Below are positions 49,463-59,966 of a stretch of 64,000 nucleotides of DNA, one piece after another (position 1 is the first letter of the stretch; each line of letters begins with the position of its first letter). This DNA comes from Verrucomicrobiota bacterium (lineage in GTDB: Bacteria > Verrucomicrobiota > Lentisphaeria > Lentisphaerales > Lentisphaeraceae). Made by a program: the position numbers and the translations under genes. The stretch covers positions 1-64,000 of the forward strand of contig JBDKFG010000014.1 of assembly GCA_039798785.1 (NCBI GenBank), written 5' to 3'. The notes under the pieces are model-generated. The model saw only the letters and a list, made by a program, of their open reading frames with translations, was not told the origin of the DNA and ran no database searches.

Positions 49463-52153
49463 TCAATCCCCGCCGATCCACAGCTTCTCGCAGGCATCGG
49501 CCATGCGCTCCACCGAGAAGAGCTCCTGGATGCGTCCGCGCCCCTGAACGCCGAGGCGACGGCGCAGGCCGGCATCGCGGGCGAGGCGAAGCAGCGAGGC
49601 CGCCAGGGCGGCGGCATCGCCAGGGGGGCTGAGAAGCGCATCGAGCCCATCGCGGATCATTTCCGGATCCCCCGCAATCGCGACCGGCAGTCCGGCCGCC
49701 ATCGCCTCCTGAAAGGCTTCGACCTCACCTTCCGACTCCTCCTCTCCGGCGACAGCGACGAACAGATCGAGGCCGGTGTGGAAGGCAGCGAGGTCACAGA
49801 CTTCGCCAAGCCAGACGACGGGCAGAGACGCCTCGGCGGCGAGCCGCAGCAAGGCCGAGGCCTCCGGCTCGAGACAGCCGCCCGCCAGGCGCAGCTCGAA
49901 GGGAGGCAGCTGCTCCTTCGCCAGGGCCAGAGCGGCAAAGCATGCCGCGAGGCGACGCTGCGGCTGGCGACGCAAAGAGGCACCGATGACGAGGATCGGC
50001 GGCGCCTCGCGAAGGACGGCAGGCCGCAGGGGCAAAGGTATGCCATGAGGGATGATCCGCGCCTCAATGCCGAAGCTCCGGCGCGCCTCGGATGCGGCGC
50101 GGCGCTCGCTGCAGACGATGCCGCTGAGTCGCCGGGCGTAGTCTTGCGGCGTGCGCAAGCTATGGCCGGAGCGGGGCTGCTCGAACTCGCGGAGGAGCGG
50201 GCCGAGGGCGGCGCTTCCGGAGCAGAAATCCCAGACCGGGCAGCGCAGCAGGACATCGGCAAGAAGGCATTTGGCGGCGGCGAGGGCATCCCAGAAGACC
50301 AGCGCCTGGGGCGGCCGCTGCCGCAGTTCCGACAGGAGCGGGGCGAGGGCTTCGTGCAGCTCCTGCTCCCTGAGATCGAGATTTTCGACCTCCGAGCCTC
50401 CTGCCCGGAGCTGCAAAGTGCCCGGGCTGGGGAATTCCGGCGTCTCCTGAAGAGTGAAGAGACGGAGCCGGCGGCCTCGCGTAGCGAATTGCCGCACGAG
50501 GCGGCGGAGCGAGGCCTGGCCGTCGCCGGCGAAGCTGTCGGTGACGATGAAGATCCCCTCCCCCCGGCTGCCCTCCTCGGCGAGGATCTGACGGAACAAG
50601 AGATCATGGCGCAGGCCCATGGTGCTGGCGGTGAAAGGCTGCAGCAGGGAGCTTGGGCAGCTGGGACGTCCGAGGACGGCGCCGCGCAAGCCCTTGGCGA
50701 AGGCGTCGAGGAACTCGTCCTCTGCGGCGGGGGAATCGGGCAGGGGAAGGAAGCGGAGGGCCGCGGTCGCGGGGAGATCCTCCTCGCCGCCGCAGGCGCT
50801 GGCGACCACCGGGCGCCCGGCGAAGAGCGCCTCGAGCTGGGCCAGGCTGAGGCCTTCGTGATCGCTGCACGAGACCAGGGCGTCGGCGGCGTGAAGCCAT
50901 TCCGGCACCTGTTCCGGGGTCAGCGACCCCGGCAGGTGCAGCCGTGCGGCGAGACCGCAGCGGCGGGCCGCTTCTTTCAGCGCCTCGGTGCAGACCTGGG
51001 CTTCAGGAAGGCGTTCGTTCGCCTCGCCGGCGACGGCGATGTGGACGGCGATGCCGGTGCCGAGCAGGGCTTCAAGGCGGCTGGCGATCTCCGGCAGGCG
51101 TTCGAGGCGTTTCTGAGGCTGGGGATTGGCGAGGGCGAGCAGCAGGATGTCGCGCTGATGCAAGCCGAGGTCGGCACGAAGCGCCGCGGCGTGGTTGGCG
51201 AGGGTAGGGTTGAGGCGCAGAGGCTGCGGCCGGACTCCGTTCCAGACGCAGCGCCAAGGCAGCGGCGCAGGGCAGGCGTCGATCTCGGCGCCGATCTGGC
51301 GCGAACAGGCGATGGCCAAGCGCAAGATGCCGGGCTCGAGGCTGTCGAGGCCTGCCGGCCAGGCGCGGCGCCGCTTGTGGAGGGTGCTGACCACGGGGAT
51401 GCCGCTGGCGGCGAGCTGACGCAGTTCGGCGGCGTCGAGAAGGTGTGCATGCACCAGGTCGGCGCCTCGAACCAATGCGGTCTCCAGTCCGCGGGCGAGG
51501 GCAGGACCGCGGCCGAGCGAAGCGAGATCGAGCAGGCCGGGAGGGCGGGGGAACTCCAGCAGTCCGGGTCGTCCGATGGCTACCAGGCGGGAGCTCCACC
51601 CCAGGGAGGCGAGCTCCTGATGGAGCTCCAGGGTGATGCGCTCCGCGCCGCCCTGCTGCAGGCTGGTGATCAGCTGGATCAGACGCGGCTGGAGCGACAG
51701 GCAGGCATCAAGACGGGAGCTGTGCAGCCAGCGCCATTTCCCCGGCGGCCGGCGCAGCCAGGAGGGGCCACCGCCGCCTTCCTGCCACTCCTTCACCGCC
51801 GCCGGCGACAGCCAGTGCACCGGGGCTTCCGGCGCGTCGACGCCCTCCTCGAGCCGGGCCAGGTCGCCGCCGCAGAAGCGGAAGCAGTCCTCCCATTCAG
51901 GCTGCAACGCGCCCTGCTCGTCGCAATTGGCGCCGCATAGCAGAAGAGCCTTGTCGCTGATCTCCTGCCAGGGGCGCCAGGATTGCCTGAGCAGGGCCCC
52001 GGCGCTGAGGATCAGCACGGCCTCGCCGGGCGGCACCGCAAGCATCGCCTGGCTCAAATCCGCGCAGATACGCGGCGCCTCCAGCCCGAGAAAGCGGACC
52101 TGGCGGCGCGTCCGCTCGGCCAGAAAGCCGCTGCCGTGGATGAGTGTGAACAT
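49463..52153 (-). CDS. Large glycosyltransferase with two GT4 (GT-B) modules
   Basis: LITSLQQGGAERI, VHAH, NGV, QKRLE, EGLSLAQLEA; second module with IPHGI, EAMAAGLPV, FSVERMA. Confidence 0.8.
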   Translation of the reverse strand: MFTLIHGSGFLAERTRRQVRFLGLEAPRICADLSQAMLAVPPGEAVLILSAGALLRQSWRPWQEISDKALLLCGANCDEQGALQPEWEDCFRFCGGDLARLEEGVDAPEAPVHWLSPAAVKEWQEGGGGPSWLRRPPGKWRWLHSSRLDACLSLQPRLIQLITSLQQGGAERITLELHQELASLGWSSRLVAIGRPGLLEFPRPPGLLDLASLGRGPALARGLETALVRGADLVHAHLLDAAELRQLAASGIPVVSTLHKRRRAWPAGLDSLEPGILRLAIACSRQIGAEIDACPAPLPWRCVWNGVRPQPLRLNPTLANHAAALRADLGLHQRDILLLALANPQPQKRLERLPEIASRLEALLGTGIAVHIAVAGEANERLPEAQVCTEALKEAARRCGLAARLHLPGSLTPEQVPEWLHAADALVSCSDHEGLSLAQLEALFAGRPVVASACGGEEDLPATAALRFLPLPDSPAAEDEFLDAFAKGLRGAVLGRPSCPSSLLQPFTASTMGLRHDLLFRQILAEEGSRGEGIFIVTDSFAGDGQASLRRLVRQFATRGRRLRLFTLQETPEFPSPGTLQLRAGGSEVENLDLREQELHEALAPLLSELRQRPPQALVFWDALAAAKCLLADVLLRCPVWDFCSGSAALGPLLREFEQPRSGHSLRTPQDYARRLSGIVCSERRAASEARRSFGIEARIIPHGIPLPLRPAVLREAPPILVIGASLRRQPQRRLAACFAALALAKEQLPPFELRLAGGCLEPEASALLRLAAEASLPVVWLGEVCDLAAFHTGLDLFVAVAGEEESEGEVEAFQEAMAAGLPVAIAGDPEMIRDGLDALLSPPGDAAALAASLLRLARDAGLRRRLGVQGRGRIQELFSVERMADACEKLWIGGD

Positions 52154-52284
52154 GGATCGGACCGGGGTTGCTCCTCCAGAGCTTAGCGCCGCATCAGGGG
52201 CCGCACTAGAGGCGGGAGGAGAGGAAACGGGAAGAAATTACGGCGCATGGCTCCGGCTGTGCTGAGGTAGACGCAGCTTCCCTG

Positions 52285-53337
52285 TCAGACCGCTTCGCCG
52301 GGGAGAACCATGCCCTGCTCGCGGAGATAGGCGGGGAGCTTGACCAGCACCTTTTCGACGTCCGGATAATGGCGCATGCCGATGATCTTGGCGGCGCTGT
52401 CATTGAAGAGGTCGGGCTCTTCCCGGAGGTCGCAGAGCCCCAGGACCTTGCCGGAGTTCCGGGCGCAACGGACCAGTGCGGTGAGGCGCCGGTGGTTCTG
52501 CGGCGGATCCTGGGCGAGGAAGCTGTTGATGTCCATGTGGTACTCAATGGCGGAGGCGAGGTCGGCATCGAGATCCCAGAAATGGGCGACCAGCCCGCCG
52601 GCTCGCGATTCGAAGCGCGGAACGATGTCGCGGAAGAGACCGGCCGAGAAGGGGATGTCGAGCTTGCCGGGAAGAGCATAGTGGAGAGCGATCTGACGGA
52701 GCAGGGCGAGGGCGCCGACGTTGTGCAGGAGACCGGCCATGTAGGCGCGATTGTCGTCACCGTAGAAACGCTGCGACAGGAAACGGCAGATGCGGGCGAC
52801 GGCATGAGACTCCTCGATGTAGTCGCTGGCGACCTTGGCAAAGAGCGGATGATCCGGTATGGCGGAACGCGCGGTGTTGAGAAAAAGGATGCCTTGGATG
52901 ACTTCCTTGCCGAGGCGCGGCAGGGCCGCATTGAGGTTGGTGATCTTGATGCCGCGGGAAAAGCTGGCGGAGTTGGCAGCGGAGAGGAAGGAGCCGGCGA
53001 GCGAAGGGGAGTCCTGCACCAGCTCGGCGATCTCGCGCAAGTCATAGTCGTCGCCGGAGTTCAGGATATTGTTGATATGAAGCACGTTACCAGGAAGCTC
53101 CATGATTTCGAAACGGTTTTCCTTGAGAGAGAGTTCAAGCTCTTCGATCAGGACAGTGTTGGTCACGGGCTCGAATTCGGCGCCGCTGACATGAGCGTTC
53201 GGGAGAGAATTCTCCCACCACAGGCCGATGTTGGGCTGGGTTTCCTGGCGGAAAGGCGCCCGGGATTGCTGCTTGACCACGGGGGGACTCTTGGGTTCAA
53301 GACCGAATAATGATCGGAGGTAGTCAAGCAAAGACAT
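52285..53337 (-). CDS. HDOD-domain protein
   Basis: LP, DSPSLA..L.AANSA, I..L.AAL.RLG, AYMAGLLHNVG, W.L.....AI.YH. Confidence 0.88.
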   Translation of the reverse strand: MSLLDYLRSLFGLEPKSPPVVKQQSRAPFRQETQPNIGLWWENSLPNAHVSGAEFEPVTNTVLIEELELSLKENRFEIMELPGNVLHINNILNSGDDYDLREIAELVQDSPSLAGSFLSAANSASFSRGIKITNLNAALPRLGKEVIQGILFLNTARSAIPDHPLFAKVASDYIEESHAVARICRFLSQRFYGDDNRAYMAGLLHNVGALALLRQIALHYALPGKLDIPFSAGLFRDIVPRFESRAGGLVAHFWDLDADLASAIEYHMDINSFLAQDPPQNHRRLTALVRCARNSGKVLGLCDLREEPDLFNDSAAKIIGMRHYPDVEKVLVKLPAYLREQGMVLPGEAV

Positions 53338-53451
53338 AGGAGTCTCCTCGGGGATTGAGCCATTGTATCATCTTTTTCCCGCAAATAGCAAGAAAAAATC
53401 TGGATTTCAGCGAAGAAGCTGTGTAGACTGGAATCATCCCGGAGACAGTCC

Positions 53452-53847
53452 ATGAGCTTTCCCCTTCCCGCCCTCGGTTCTGGCGTCAGGATCCTATCGG
53501 CCCCACGCTACGAAGCCGAGAATTCCGCACCCCATCTCCATCGCTTCGTCTTCAGCTATTCGGTGCGGATCATCAACGAGCTCGACTGTGACATCACCCT
53601 GCGCAGCCGCCACTGGCTGATCGTCAATGCCGACGGCCAGGAGCGGGAAGTCCGCGGCGCCGGGGTCATCGGCATCCAGCCTAAGATCCCTTCCGGCAAG
53701 GAATTCTCCTACGAATCCTTCTCGGTTCTCGACACGCCCTTCGGAACCATGGAAGGAGCCTATCTGTTCGAGCGCGACGACGGCGACCTGCTGCACGTGG
53801 CTATTCCGCGCTTCTACCTCCACGCCCCGCAAGCGCAGGGCGGCTGA
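53452..53847 (+). CDS. apaG: ApaG-domain protein
   Basis: FSYSVRI.N, LRSRHWLI, V.G.GVIG.QP, F.Y.S, TP.GTMEG.Y, IPRF.L. Confidence 0.93.
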   Translation: MSFPLPALGSGVRILSAPRYEAENSAPHLHRFVFSYSVRIINELDCDITLRSRHWLIVNADGQEREVRGAGVIGIQPKIPSGKEFSYESFSVLDTPFGTMEGAYLFERDDGDLLHVAIPRFYLHAPQAQGG

Positions 53848-53907
53848 CTGGTTTTTTTGCGCAAGCCGAATAACTTCTGCGTCGCAAACAGAAGGCGACG
53901 CGACTCC

Positions 53908-54282
53908 ATGAACCTGCAAATCCTCAAGAGCAAGATCCATAAAGCGGTGATCACCCAGGCCGACCTCCACTACGAAGGGAGCCTGGGCATCGACCAGGAC
54001 ATCATGGACATGATCGGCCTCTTCCCTTACGAGAAGATCCTCGTCACCAACATCAACAACGGCAACCGCATCGAGACCTACGCCATACCGGCGGAAAGGG
54101 GTTCTCGCTGCTTCCTGCTCAACGGCGCCGCCGCCCGCAAGGGATCGGTCGGCGACCGCATCATCATCATGTCCTTCGCCTCGATGAGTCCAGAAGAGGC
54201 CCGCGGCCACCAGCCCAGGGTGGTGGTCCTGAATGAGCGCAACGGGGTGGAGATGACCAAGGGTCCGGTCATCCTGCCATGA
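53908..54282 (+). CDS. panD: Aspartate 1-decarboxylase
   Basis: LKSKIH, LHYEG-S autocleavage site, NGNRIETY, LNGAAAR. Confidence 0.96.
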   Translation: MNLQILKSKIHKAVITQADLHYEGSLGIDQDIMDMIGLFPYEKILVTNINNGNRIETYAIPAERGSRCFLLNGAAARKGSVGDRIIIMSFASMSPEEARGHQPRVVVLNERNGVEMTKGPVILP

Positions 54283-55115
54283 TGAATCCCGACTGGCTTG
54301 ACCGGCTCGAGCGTCGTTTCGGCCAATATGCGATCAGCAATCTCGCCGGCAAGCTGCTGATGATCAAAGTGCTGGTCTGGGTGATGGTGCTCTTGCGCGG
54401 CGACGGCCTCCTGGTCCAGCTCTACCAGGAAGCCAACTCCCTCGGCCTCGGGCTGGCCGGCTCCTGGCTGATCAATGTCATCGCCCCCCCGGGCAGCTCG
54501 AGCATGGAAGTGATGGACCTTTTCTGGTCGGCCCTGTGCAACGTCGTCTTCCTATTCAGCTTCAGCCGCATCCTCGAAGAGCACATCGGCACCTTCCGTT
54601 TCAACCTCCTGATCGGCGTCTACTTCTTCCTCCAGGGGATACTCACCCACTACGCCCTGCTCCCGCCCGACGATGGCGCCCCGGCCTTCTACTTCTTGGA
54701 ATCGCTGCGCTTCAACTTCATCTTCATCTGCGTCGGCATCCTCCTGCCTGAGATGATCATCCACGTCTTCTTCGTCATCCCGGTGCGCGCCAGGATCCTG
54801 GCCATCCTCAGCGTCCTCCTCTCCTTCGGTCTCGCCGCCGGCATTCTCGCCCTCGGCGGCCACTGGAGCGCCGCCTTGTGGATCGCCAGCCCGGCGGTCT
54901 ACTCCCTGGCCTTCCTCGGGCTGCCGCGAGTCCTGGACCGCGCCAAGCACAAGGCCCGGCGCCTCGCCTTCGACAAGAAAGCCGCCACCGCCGCCGACAA
55001 GGCCGGCCACTTCCATCGCTGCAGCATCTGCGGCATCACCGACAACGATGATCGCGACACCTTCTTCCGCGTCGGCAGCGACGGACAGGACTATTGCGAG
55101 AAACACCTGCGTTGA
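54279..55115 (+). CDS. Membrane protein (rhomboid-like topology) with C-terminal Cys/His finger
   Basis: WLDRLERRFG.YAI.NL, about 6 TM, HRCSICG...FRV..DG.DYC..H; ATGA overlap with panD. Confidence 0.7.
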   Translation: MMNPDWLDRLERRFGQYAISNLAGKLLMIKVLVWVMVLLRGDGLLVQLYQEANSLGLGLAGSWLINVIAPPGSSSMEVMDLFWSALCNVVFLFSFSRILEEHIGTFRFNLLIGVYFFLQGILTHYALLPPDDGAPAFYFLESLRFNFIFICVGILLPEMIIHVFFVIPVRARILAILSVLLSFGLAAGILALGGHWSAALWIASPAVYSLAFLGLPRVLDRAKHKARRLAFDKKAATAADKAGHFHRCSICGITDNDDRDTFFRVGSDGQDYCEKHLR

Positions 55116-55222
55116 GCCCTGAACCGCTTCAAAGCCAGGAAGTCAGTGACATGAAGAGAAGCCCCCCCCGCCGCCCCACCCTTCCAGATGGCCTCGTCCG
55201 CCCGACCCGGACATCCCCGCCG

Positions 55223-56149
55223 ATGAAGGACGCCCAGGCAAGCGCTTCGGAAGCCGATCTCGGCCGCTATCTCAATCCCGAGATCGCCGCCGCCATCGCC
55301 AGCCTCGACTTGCAAGCACTCGCCATCGTCGAAGGCTTCATGGCCGGGCGCCACCGCTCCCCCTTCCACGGCTTCAGCACCTCCTTCAGCGAGCACCGCC
55401 GCTATGAGGAGAACGATCCGGTCAAGGACATCGACTGGAAGGTCTACGCCCGCACCGAGAAGCATTTCGTCCGCAAGTACGAAGCCGAAACCACCCTCGA
55501 ATGCATGCTGATGGTCGACGTCTCCTCGTCGATGTCCTGGCGGGCGCCGGGCGCCACCCTGGGCAAGCTCGACTACGCCATCATGCTCGCCGCCGCGATG
55601 GGACTGCTGCTGCAGCGCCAGCAGGACCAGATGGGCCTGGTCGCCTTCGACGACGACATCCGCTCCTGGCTGAAGCCGGGCTCGCGGCGGACCCATCTGA
55701 TGTCGCTGCTCAGCACCGTCCTCGGCGCCAGCACCGGCCGTCCCACCTCCTTCGCCAAAACCCTGCCCGAGGCCGCCGCCCTGATCCGCCACCGCGGCCT
55801 GGTCATCCTCCTCACCGACTTCCTCGGCGACGGCGACGCCGCGATCGACGCCCTCGCCACCCTGCGCGCCCGCAAGCACGAAGTGCTGGCCTTCCATCTC
55901 GTCGACAAGTCCGAGCTCGAGCTTCCCTGGGACCATCTCTGCGAATTCGAAGATCCGGAAACGCCCGGCGACAAGCTCGTCCTGCATCCCGACTCTGTGC
56001 GCGCCGCCTACCGCAAGGAGTTCGACGCCTTCTGCGCCGGGATCGACGAGCGCTGCGCCGCCAACCGCATCAGCCTCTGTCGCATCTCCACCGCCGACCC
56101 CTTCGACAAGGCCCTGCGCGAATTCATCGTCAAACGCAGCAAGACCTGA
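55223..56149 (+). CDS. DUF58 (vWA-like) protein
   Basis: G.HRSPFHG.S..FSEHR.Y...D....IDWK.YAR, DVSSSM, LTDF; start uncertain. Confidence 0.9.
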   Translation: MKDAQASASEADLGRYLNPEIAAAIASLDLQALAIVEGFMAGRHRSPFHGFSTSFSEHRRYEENDPVKDIDWKVYARTEKHFVRKYEAETTLECMLMVDVSSSMSWRAPGATLGKLDYAIMLAAAMGLLLQRQQDQMGLVAFDDDIRSWLKPGSRRTHLMSLLSTVLGASTGRPTSFAKTLPEAAALIRHRGLVILLTDFLGDGDAAIDALATLRARKHEVLAFHLVDKSELELPWDHLCEFEDPETPGDKLVLHPDSVRAAYRKEFDAFCAGIDERCAANRISLCRISTADPFDKALREFIVKRSKT

Positions 56150-56242
56150 AGCCGATTTCCTCGCGGCAGACTGGCCATTCGGTGACTTCGGGATAGTGTT
56201 GAAGGCGCGTCACCTGTACAACCCCTCGCGGAGCCCTTCGTC

Positions 56243-56911
56243 TTGGATCAATTCTACAAGCTTGTCCATGCCATGATGGAGGGGGATAAGGCCGTCTTGT
56301 CTGATCCCCGTCTGGCTCTTGTCATCTGCCTGATTCTCGCCCTCTTCATGATTCTCGAAAACGGCTTTCTCCCGACCGCCTTCCTCCCCGGAGACAGCCT
56401 CCTGATCCTCACCGGCTACCTGGTCTACAAGGATGTCCTGGTCTGGTGGATCGTCATCCCCCTGCTCATCGCTTGCTCCTTCTTCGGCACCTGGCTCGGC
56501 TACATCCAAGGCAAGTTTTTCGGCCATACCAAACTATATCACCGGCTGATGACCCACGTCGACGACGAACACCGGGACCGGGCCTTCCGCCTTCTCACCC
56601 GTCACGGCGTCCTGACCCTCATCTGCGCCCGCTACATCGCCTTCGTCCGCACCGTCTACCCCTGCCTGATCGGGGTCGCCGGGGTACCGCTGCGGACCTT
56701 CCTGAGCATCAACCTGATCAGCTCCATCCTCTGGATCTGCCCGCTGGTCGGACTGGGCTACGCGATGAGCCACACCTCCCTGGCGGAAAAATACGAGCAG
56801 CAATTCTTCGGCATCATGGTCTTCCTCCCCATGGTGCTGCTGGTCTTCGGCGTCATCGCCCTGGTGGTCCGCCAGATCCGCAGATCCCGCAAGAACGAGT
56901 CCAAGGACTGA
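56243..56911 (+). CDS. DedA-family membrane protein (YqjA/YghB-like)
   Basis: LENGFLP.AFLPGDSLL, GYIQG, RHG, ARYIAFVRT..P..IG. Confidence 0.9.
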   Translation: MDQFYKLVHAMMEGDKAVLSDPRLALVICLILALFMILENGFLPTAFLPGDSLLILTGYLVYKDVLVWWIVIPLLIACSFFGTWLGYIQGKFFGHTKLYHRLMTHVDDEHRDRAFRLLTRHGVLTLICARYIAFVRTVYPCLIGVAGVPLRTFLSINLISSILWICPLVGLGYAMSHTSLAEKYEQQFFGIMVFLPMVLLVFGVIALVVRQIRRSRKNESKD

Positions 56912-56994
56912 TCGGGCCGGCCTTTTCGGCGCCCCCCTCGCAGGCTTGCGTAGAGCGGCTATCGTAGCCGCCGATCCGCAACCGGGAGGTCACT

Positions 56995-58947
56995 GTGTCC
57001 GCTCCTGCTCCTGAGCTCAGAGTCCAAACTCGTGCCGCCGCCGCCGCCTTCTTCGTCCTGGCGCTTCTCGCCGCGTCGATGGCCCGTTGGTCTGGCAACA
57101 CCGCCGCCATCCTCTCCCTCGCCCCCTCGATCGCCGCCCTGGTCTTCGGGCTGCTGGCAATGCGCTCGGCCTCCGCCGCCTGGCTGCTTGAGGAGGAACG
57201 GCGGGCCGCGGCCCGGCGCCAACGCAGCGCCGAAGCCGACCTCTTCCTTGAAGATGCAGGCGTCCTTTCCGCCGAGAGGGAAAGCCGCTCTCTGCACCGC
57301 TGGATCATCCCGGCCGCCGGCCTCGTCGTCGCCATCGGCCTGGGAGCCGCGGCTTGGCATGGCTTCTTCCCGGGCGTCGACCAGGCCACTGCCGTCAAGG
57401 CTGCCGGCAACGCCCTGCTGAAGGAGACCGGGATCGTCCTGGAAGGAGTCAACCCGGTCCGTTGCGGCGCCCTTCTCGCCGCCCTGGCGGTGGCGCAGCT
57501 GCTCGCCGGCGCCTTCTTCGCCGGCCTGGGCCGCAGCGGCGGCAGCCGCGAGCTGGGCGCGGCCGCCGCCTGGTGCCTCGCCGCCGCAGCCTTCGGCGGC
57601 GCCAACGCCGCAGCCCTCATCCTCAGCACTCAGGGAGTCGACATCCATCAGCCCCTCCGGCTCGTCCTCGCCGGCGTCCTCAGCGTCCTGGCTCTTGAGA
57701 TCCCGGTCACCTTGATGATCGAGTATTTCCGTCCCCGCCGCGGCGGCGAGCAGCTGGTGCTCTCCAGCCGCCTTCTCTCGCTCTTCACCGAGCCTGGCAC
57801 CGTCGCCGCCAATCTCGGCAAAGCCTTGGAATACCAGTTCGGAGTCAAGGTCGAGGAAGGTTCGACCCGACGCTTCTTCACCCGGCTCGCCCTGCCGCTC
57901 ATCCTCCTGCAGCTCCTCGCCTTTTGGATGCTGGACGGCTTCGCCCGCATCGAACCCGGCCAGCAGGGCATCCGCGAGACTTTCGGCAAGCGTTCGCAAC
58001 AGACGCTCGAGCCGGGGCTGCATTTCAAGCTGCCCTGGCCCTTCGGCGCAATCCGGGTCGAGAACGTCGAAAGCGTCAAGGTCATCGTCCTCGGCACCGT
58101 CAATGCCGACAAGCAGGACTCCCCCCCCTCGCCGGAGGAGGACGGCTACCGCATCGAGGAAGGCAAGGTGATGGTCTGGGGACGCCCGAGCCACGGCCAG
58201 GGCGAAGGCAAGGAGGATTTCAACTATCCGATGCCGTCCAAAGCCAACAGCAAGGACATCAACCTGGTCTCGGTCAAGATCCCCTTGCACTACCGCATCG
58301 CCGACTTGCACCACTACCTGTATAATCACCGCGACGCCGCGGCGACGCTGGAGAAGCTCGCCGAGCGATGCGTCAGCGCCCGTCTCGCCAATCGCGATGC
58401 CGAGGACCTGCTCGGTGCCGACCGCAAGGCCGAAAGCCAGGTCCTGCAGGCCTTGATCCAAAAAGAAGCCGACGTCCTCAGGCTCGGCGTCGAAATCCAC
58501 TACGTCTCGATCGAGACCATCCACCCTCCGGTGAAGGCAGCCGCCGCCTTCGGCGAAGTCATGGGCGCCCGCTTCGACAAGGATGCCAAGGTCTACAAGG
58601 CCAGCGCCGACGCCAAGAAGCTCAGCACCGAGGCACTCTCCGAGACCTTTGCCATCGAGAGCAAGGCCCTGGCCGCCGCTTCGCAGCGCGGCGCCATCGC
58701 CAGTGAACAGGCCGCCCGCTTCGCCGTCCGCAAGACCCTCCACGACATCGATCCCTGCACCTTCCGCCTCCTGAGCTACCTGGAGGTGATCCAGGGGCTC
58801 AAGGATCTGCCCAAATACATCGTCTGCGGCGAACAGGCCAAGCGCGTCATCAACCTCAATCTCGAGCGCGACGCCAATCTCGATCTGCTGAAGGACATTC
58901 AACTGGAATCCGCCAAACCCGCCGCGGACAAGGAGAACAACAAGTGA
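56995..58947 (+). CDS. HflK-like SPFH protein with a multi-TM N-terminal domain
   Basis: About 7-8 hydrophobic helices, then IEPGQQGIRETFG, LEPGLHFKLPWPF, YRI.D, IHPP..AAAF. Confidence 0.8.
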   Translation: MSAPAPELRVQTRAAAAAFFVLALLAASMARWSGNTAAILSLAPSIAALVFGLLAMRSASAAWLLEEERRAAARRQRSAEADLFLEDAGVLSAERESRSLHRWIIPAAGLVVAIGLGAAAWHGFFPGVDQATAVKAAGNALLKETGIVLEGVNPVRCGALLAALAVAQLLAGAFFAGLGRSGGSRELGAAAAWCLAAAAFGGANAAALILSTQGVDIHQPLRLVLAGVLSVLALEIPVTLMIEYFRPRRGGEQLVLSSRLLSLFTEPGTVAANLGKALEYQFGVKVEEGSTRRFFTRLALPLILLQLLAFWMLDGFARIEPGQQGIRETFGKRSQQTLEPGLHFKLPWPFGAIRVENVESVKVIVLGTVNADKQDSPPSPEEDGYRIEEGKVMVWGRPSHGQGEGKEDFNYPMPSKANSKDINLVSVKIPLHYRIADLHHYLYNHRDAAATLEKLAERCVSARLANRDAEDLLGADRKAESQVLQALIQKEADVLRLGVEIHYVSIETIHPPVKAAAAFGEVMGARFDKDAKVYKASADAKKLSTEALSETFAIESKALAAASQRGAIASEQAARFAVRKTLHDIDPCTFRLLSYLEVIQGLKDLPKYIVCGEQAKRVINLNLERDANLDLLKDIQLESAKPAADKENNK

Positions 58948-59966
58948 GCTCGACCGACACCCCCAAGCCCCGCCTGCCCCTCCTGATCGCCGCAGGCGCC
59001 GGCCTCATCTTCCTCGCCAGCTCCGCCTGCTTCCAGGCCCATGAAGGCGAAAGCACCCTCGTCCTCCGCCTCGGAAAGGCCCGCGCGGAGGTCGAGCCCG
59101 GCCTCAACTTCAAGCTTCCCTACCCCATCGAATCGGTCGTCCGCCTCGACAAGCGGCTGATGAGCCTGGAACGCCCCCTGACCCAGACATCCTTGCGGGA
59201 TGCCCAGTCTCTGATGGTCGCCACCTACGCCCTCTGGAGGATCGAGGATCCGGCGCTCTTCCTCAAGACGCTCGGCAGCGTCAAGAAAGCCGAAGGCTCG
59301 CTCAGCGACATCCTCGGCGGCGCCACCGGCCAGGTCTACAGCCAGTACCAGCTCACCGACATCGTCACCGTCGGCGACAGCAAGCTGCCCCAGATCGAAG
59401 GCAAGATCAAGGAGATCGCCGCGCCGGTGGCGAAGCAGTACGGCATCTCGATCGAGACCTGCGGCGTCCACCGCCAGGGCCTGTCGCCCGACAAGACCAC
59501 CGAATCCGCGATCGAGCGGATGCGGGAAGCCCGCCAGGTCCTGGCCCAGGAGTATCGCCTGCAAGGTGAAGTCCAGGCTCAGAAGATCCTCGCCGAGGCC
59601 CGGGCGCAGTCGCTGAAGACGATCAACACCGCGAACTCCCAGGCCGAGCAGATCCGCGCCGCCGGCGAGGCCAAGGCGGTCGCCAGCTACGAGGTTTTCA
59701 AAAAGGATCCCAAGCTCGCCGAATTCCTCTTCAAGCTCGAGGCCCTCCGACTCAACCTCACCGGCTCCAGCACCGTCCTGATCATGGACGACGACACCGC
59801 CCCCTTCGACCTGCTGAAGAAGTCAAGCCTCGACAAGCTCCGCAGCGCGCCCCCCGGCACCTCGCCCGTGGTCGAAACCGCCCGCGACGGCAAGATCTAC
59901 TGGGACAGCGAAAGCAAGAAGTTCCTTCCTCTGGCGCCGGAGAAAGGCCAGGGAGCTGAACAGTGA
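58944..59966 (+). CDS. hflC: HflC-like SPFH protein
   Basis: LVLRLGK, PGLNFKLPYPIE.V..LDKR, WRIEDP..F, ERMR..R...A..YR.QGE..A, DP....F...LEA, PF.LL. Confidence 0.8.
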   Translation: MSSTDTPKPRLPLLIAAGAGLIFLASSACFQAHEGESTLVLRLGKARAEVEPGLNFKLPYPIESVVRLDKRLMSLERPLTQTSLRDAQSLMVATYALWRIEDPALFLKTLGSVKKAEGSLSDILGGATGQVYSQYQLTDIVTVGDSKLPQIEGKIKEIAAPVAKQYGISIETCGVHRQGLSPDKTTESAIERMREARQVLAQEYRLQGEVQAQKILAEARAQSLKTINTANSQAEQIRAAGEAKAVASYEVFKKDPKLAEFLFKLEALRLNLTGSSTVLIMDDDTAPFDLLKKSSLDKLRSAPPGTSPVVETARDGKIYWDSESKKFLPLAPEKGQGAEQ

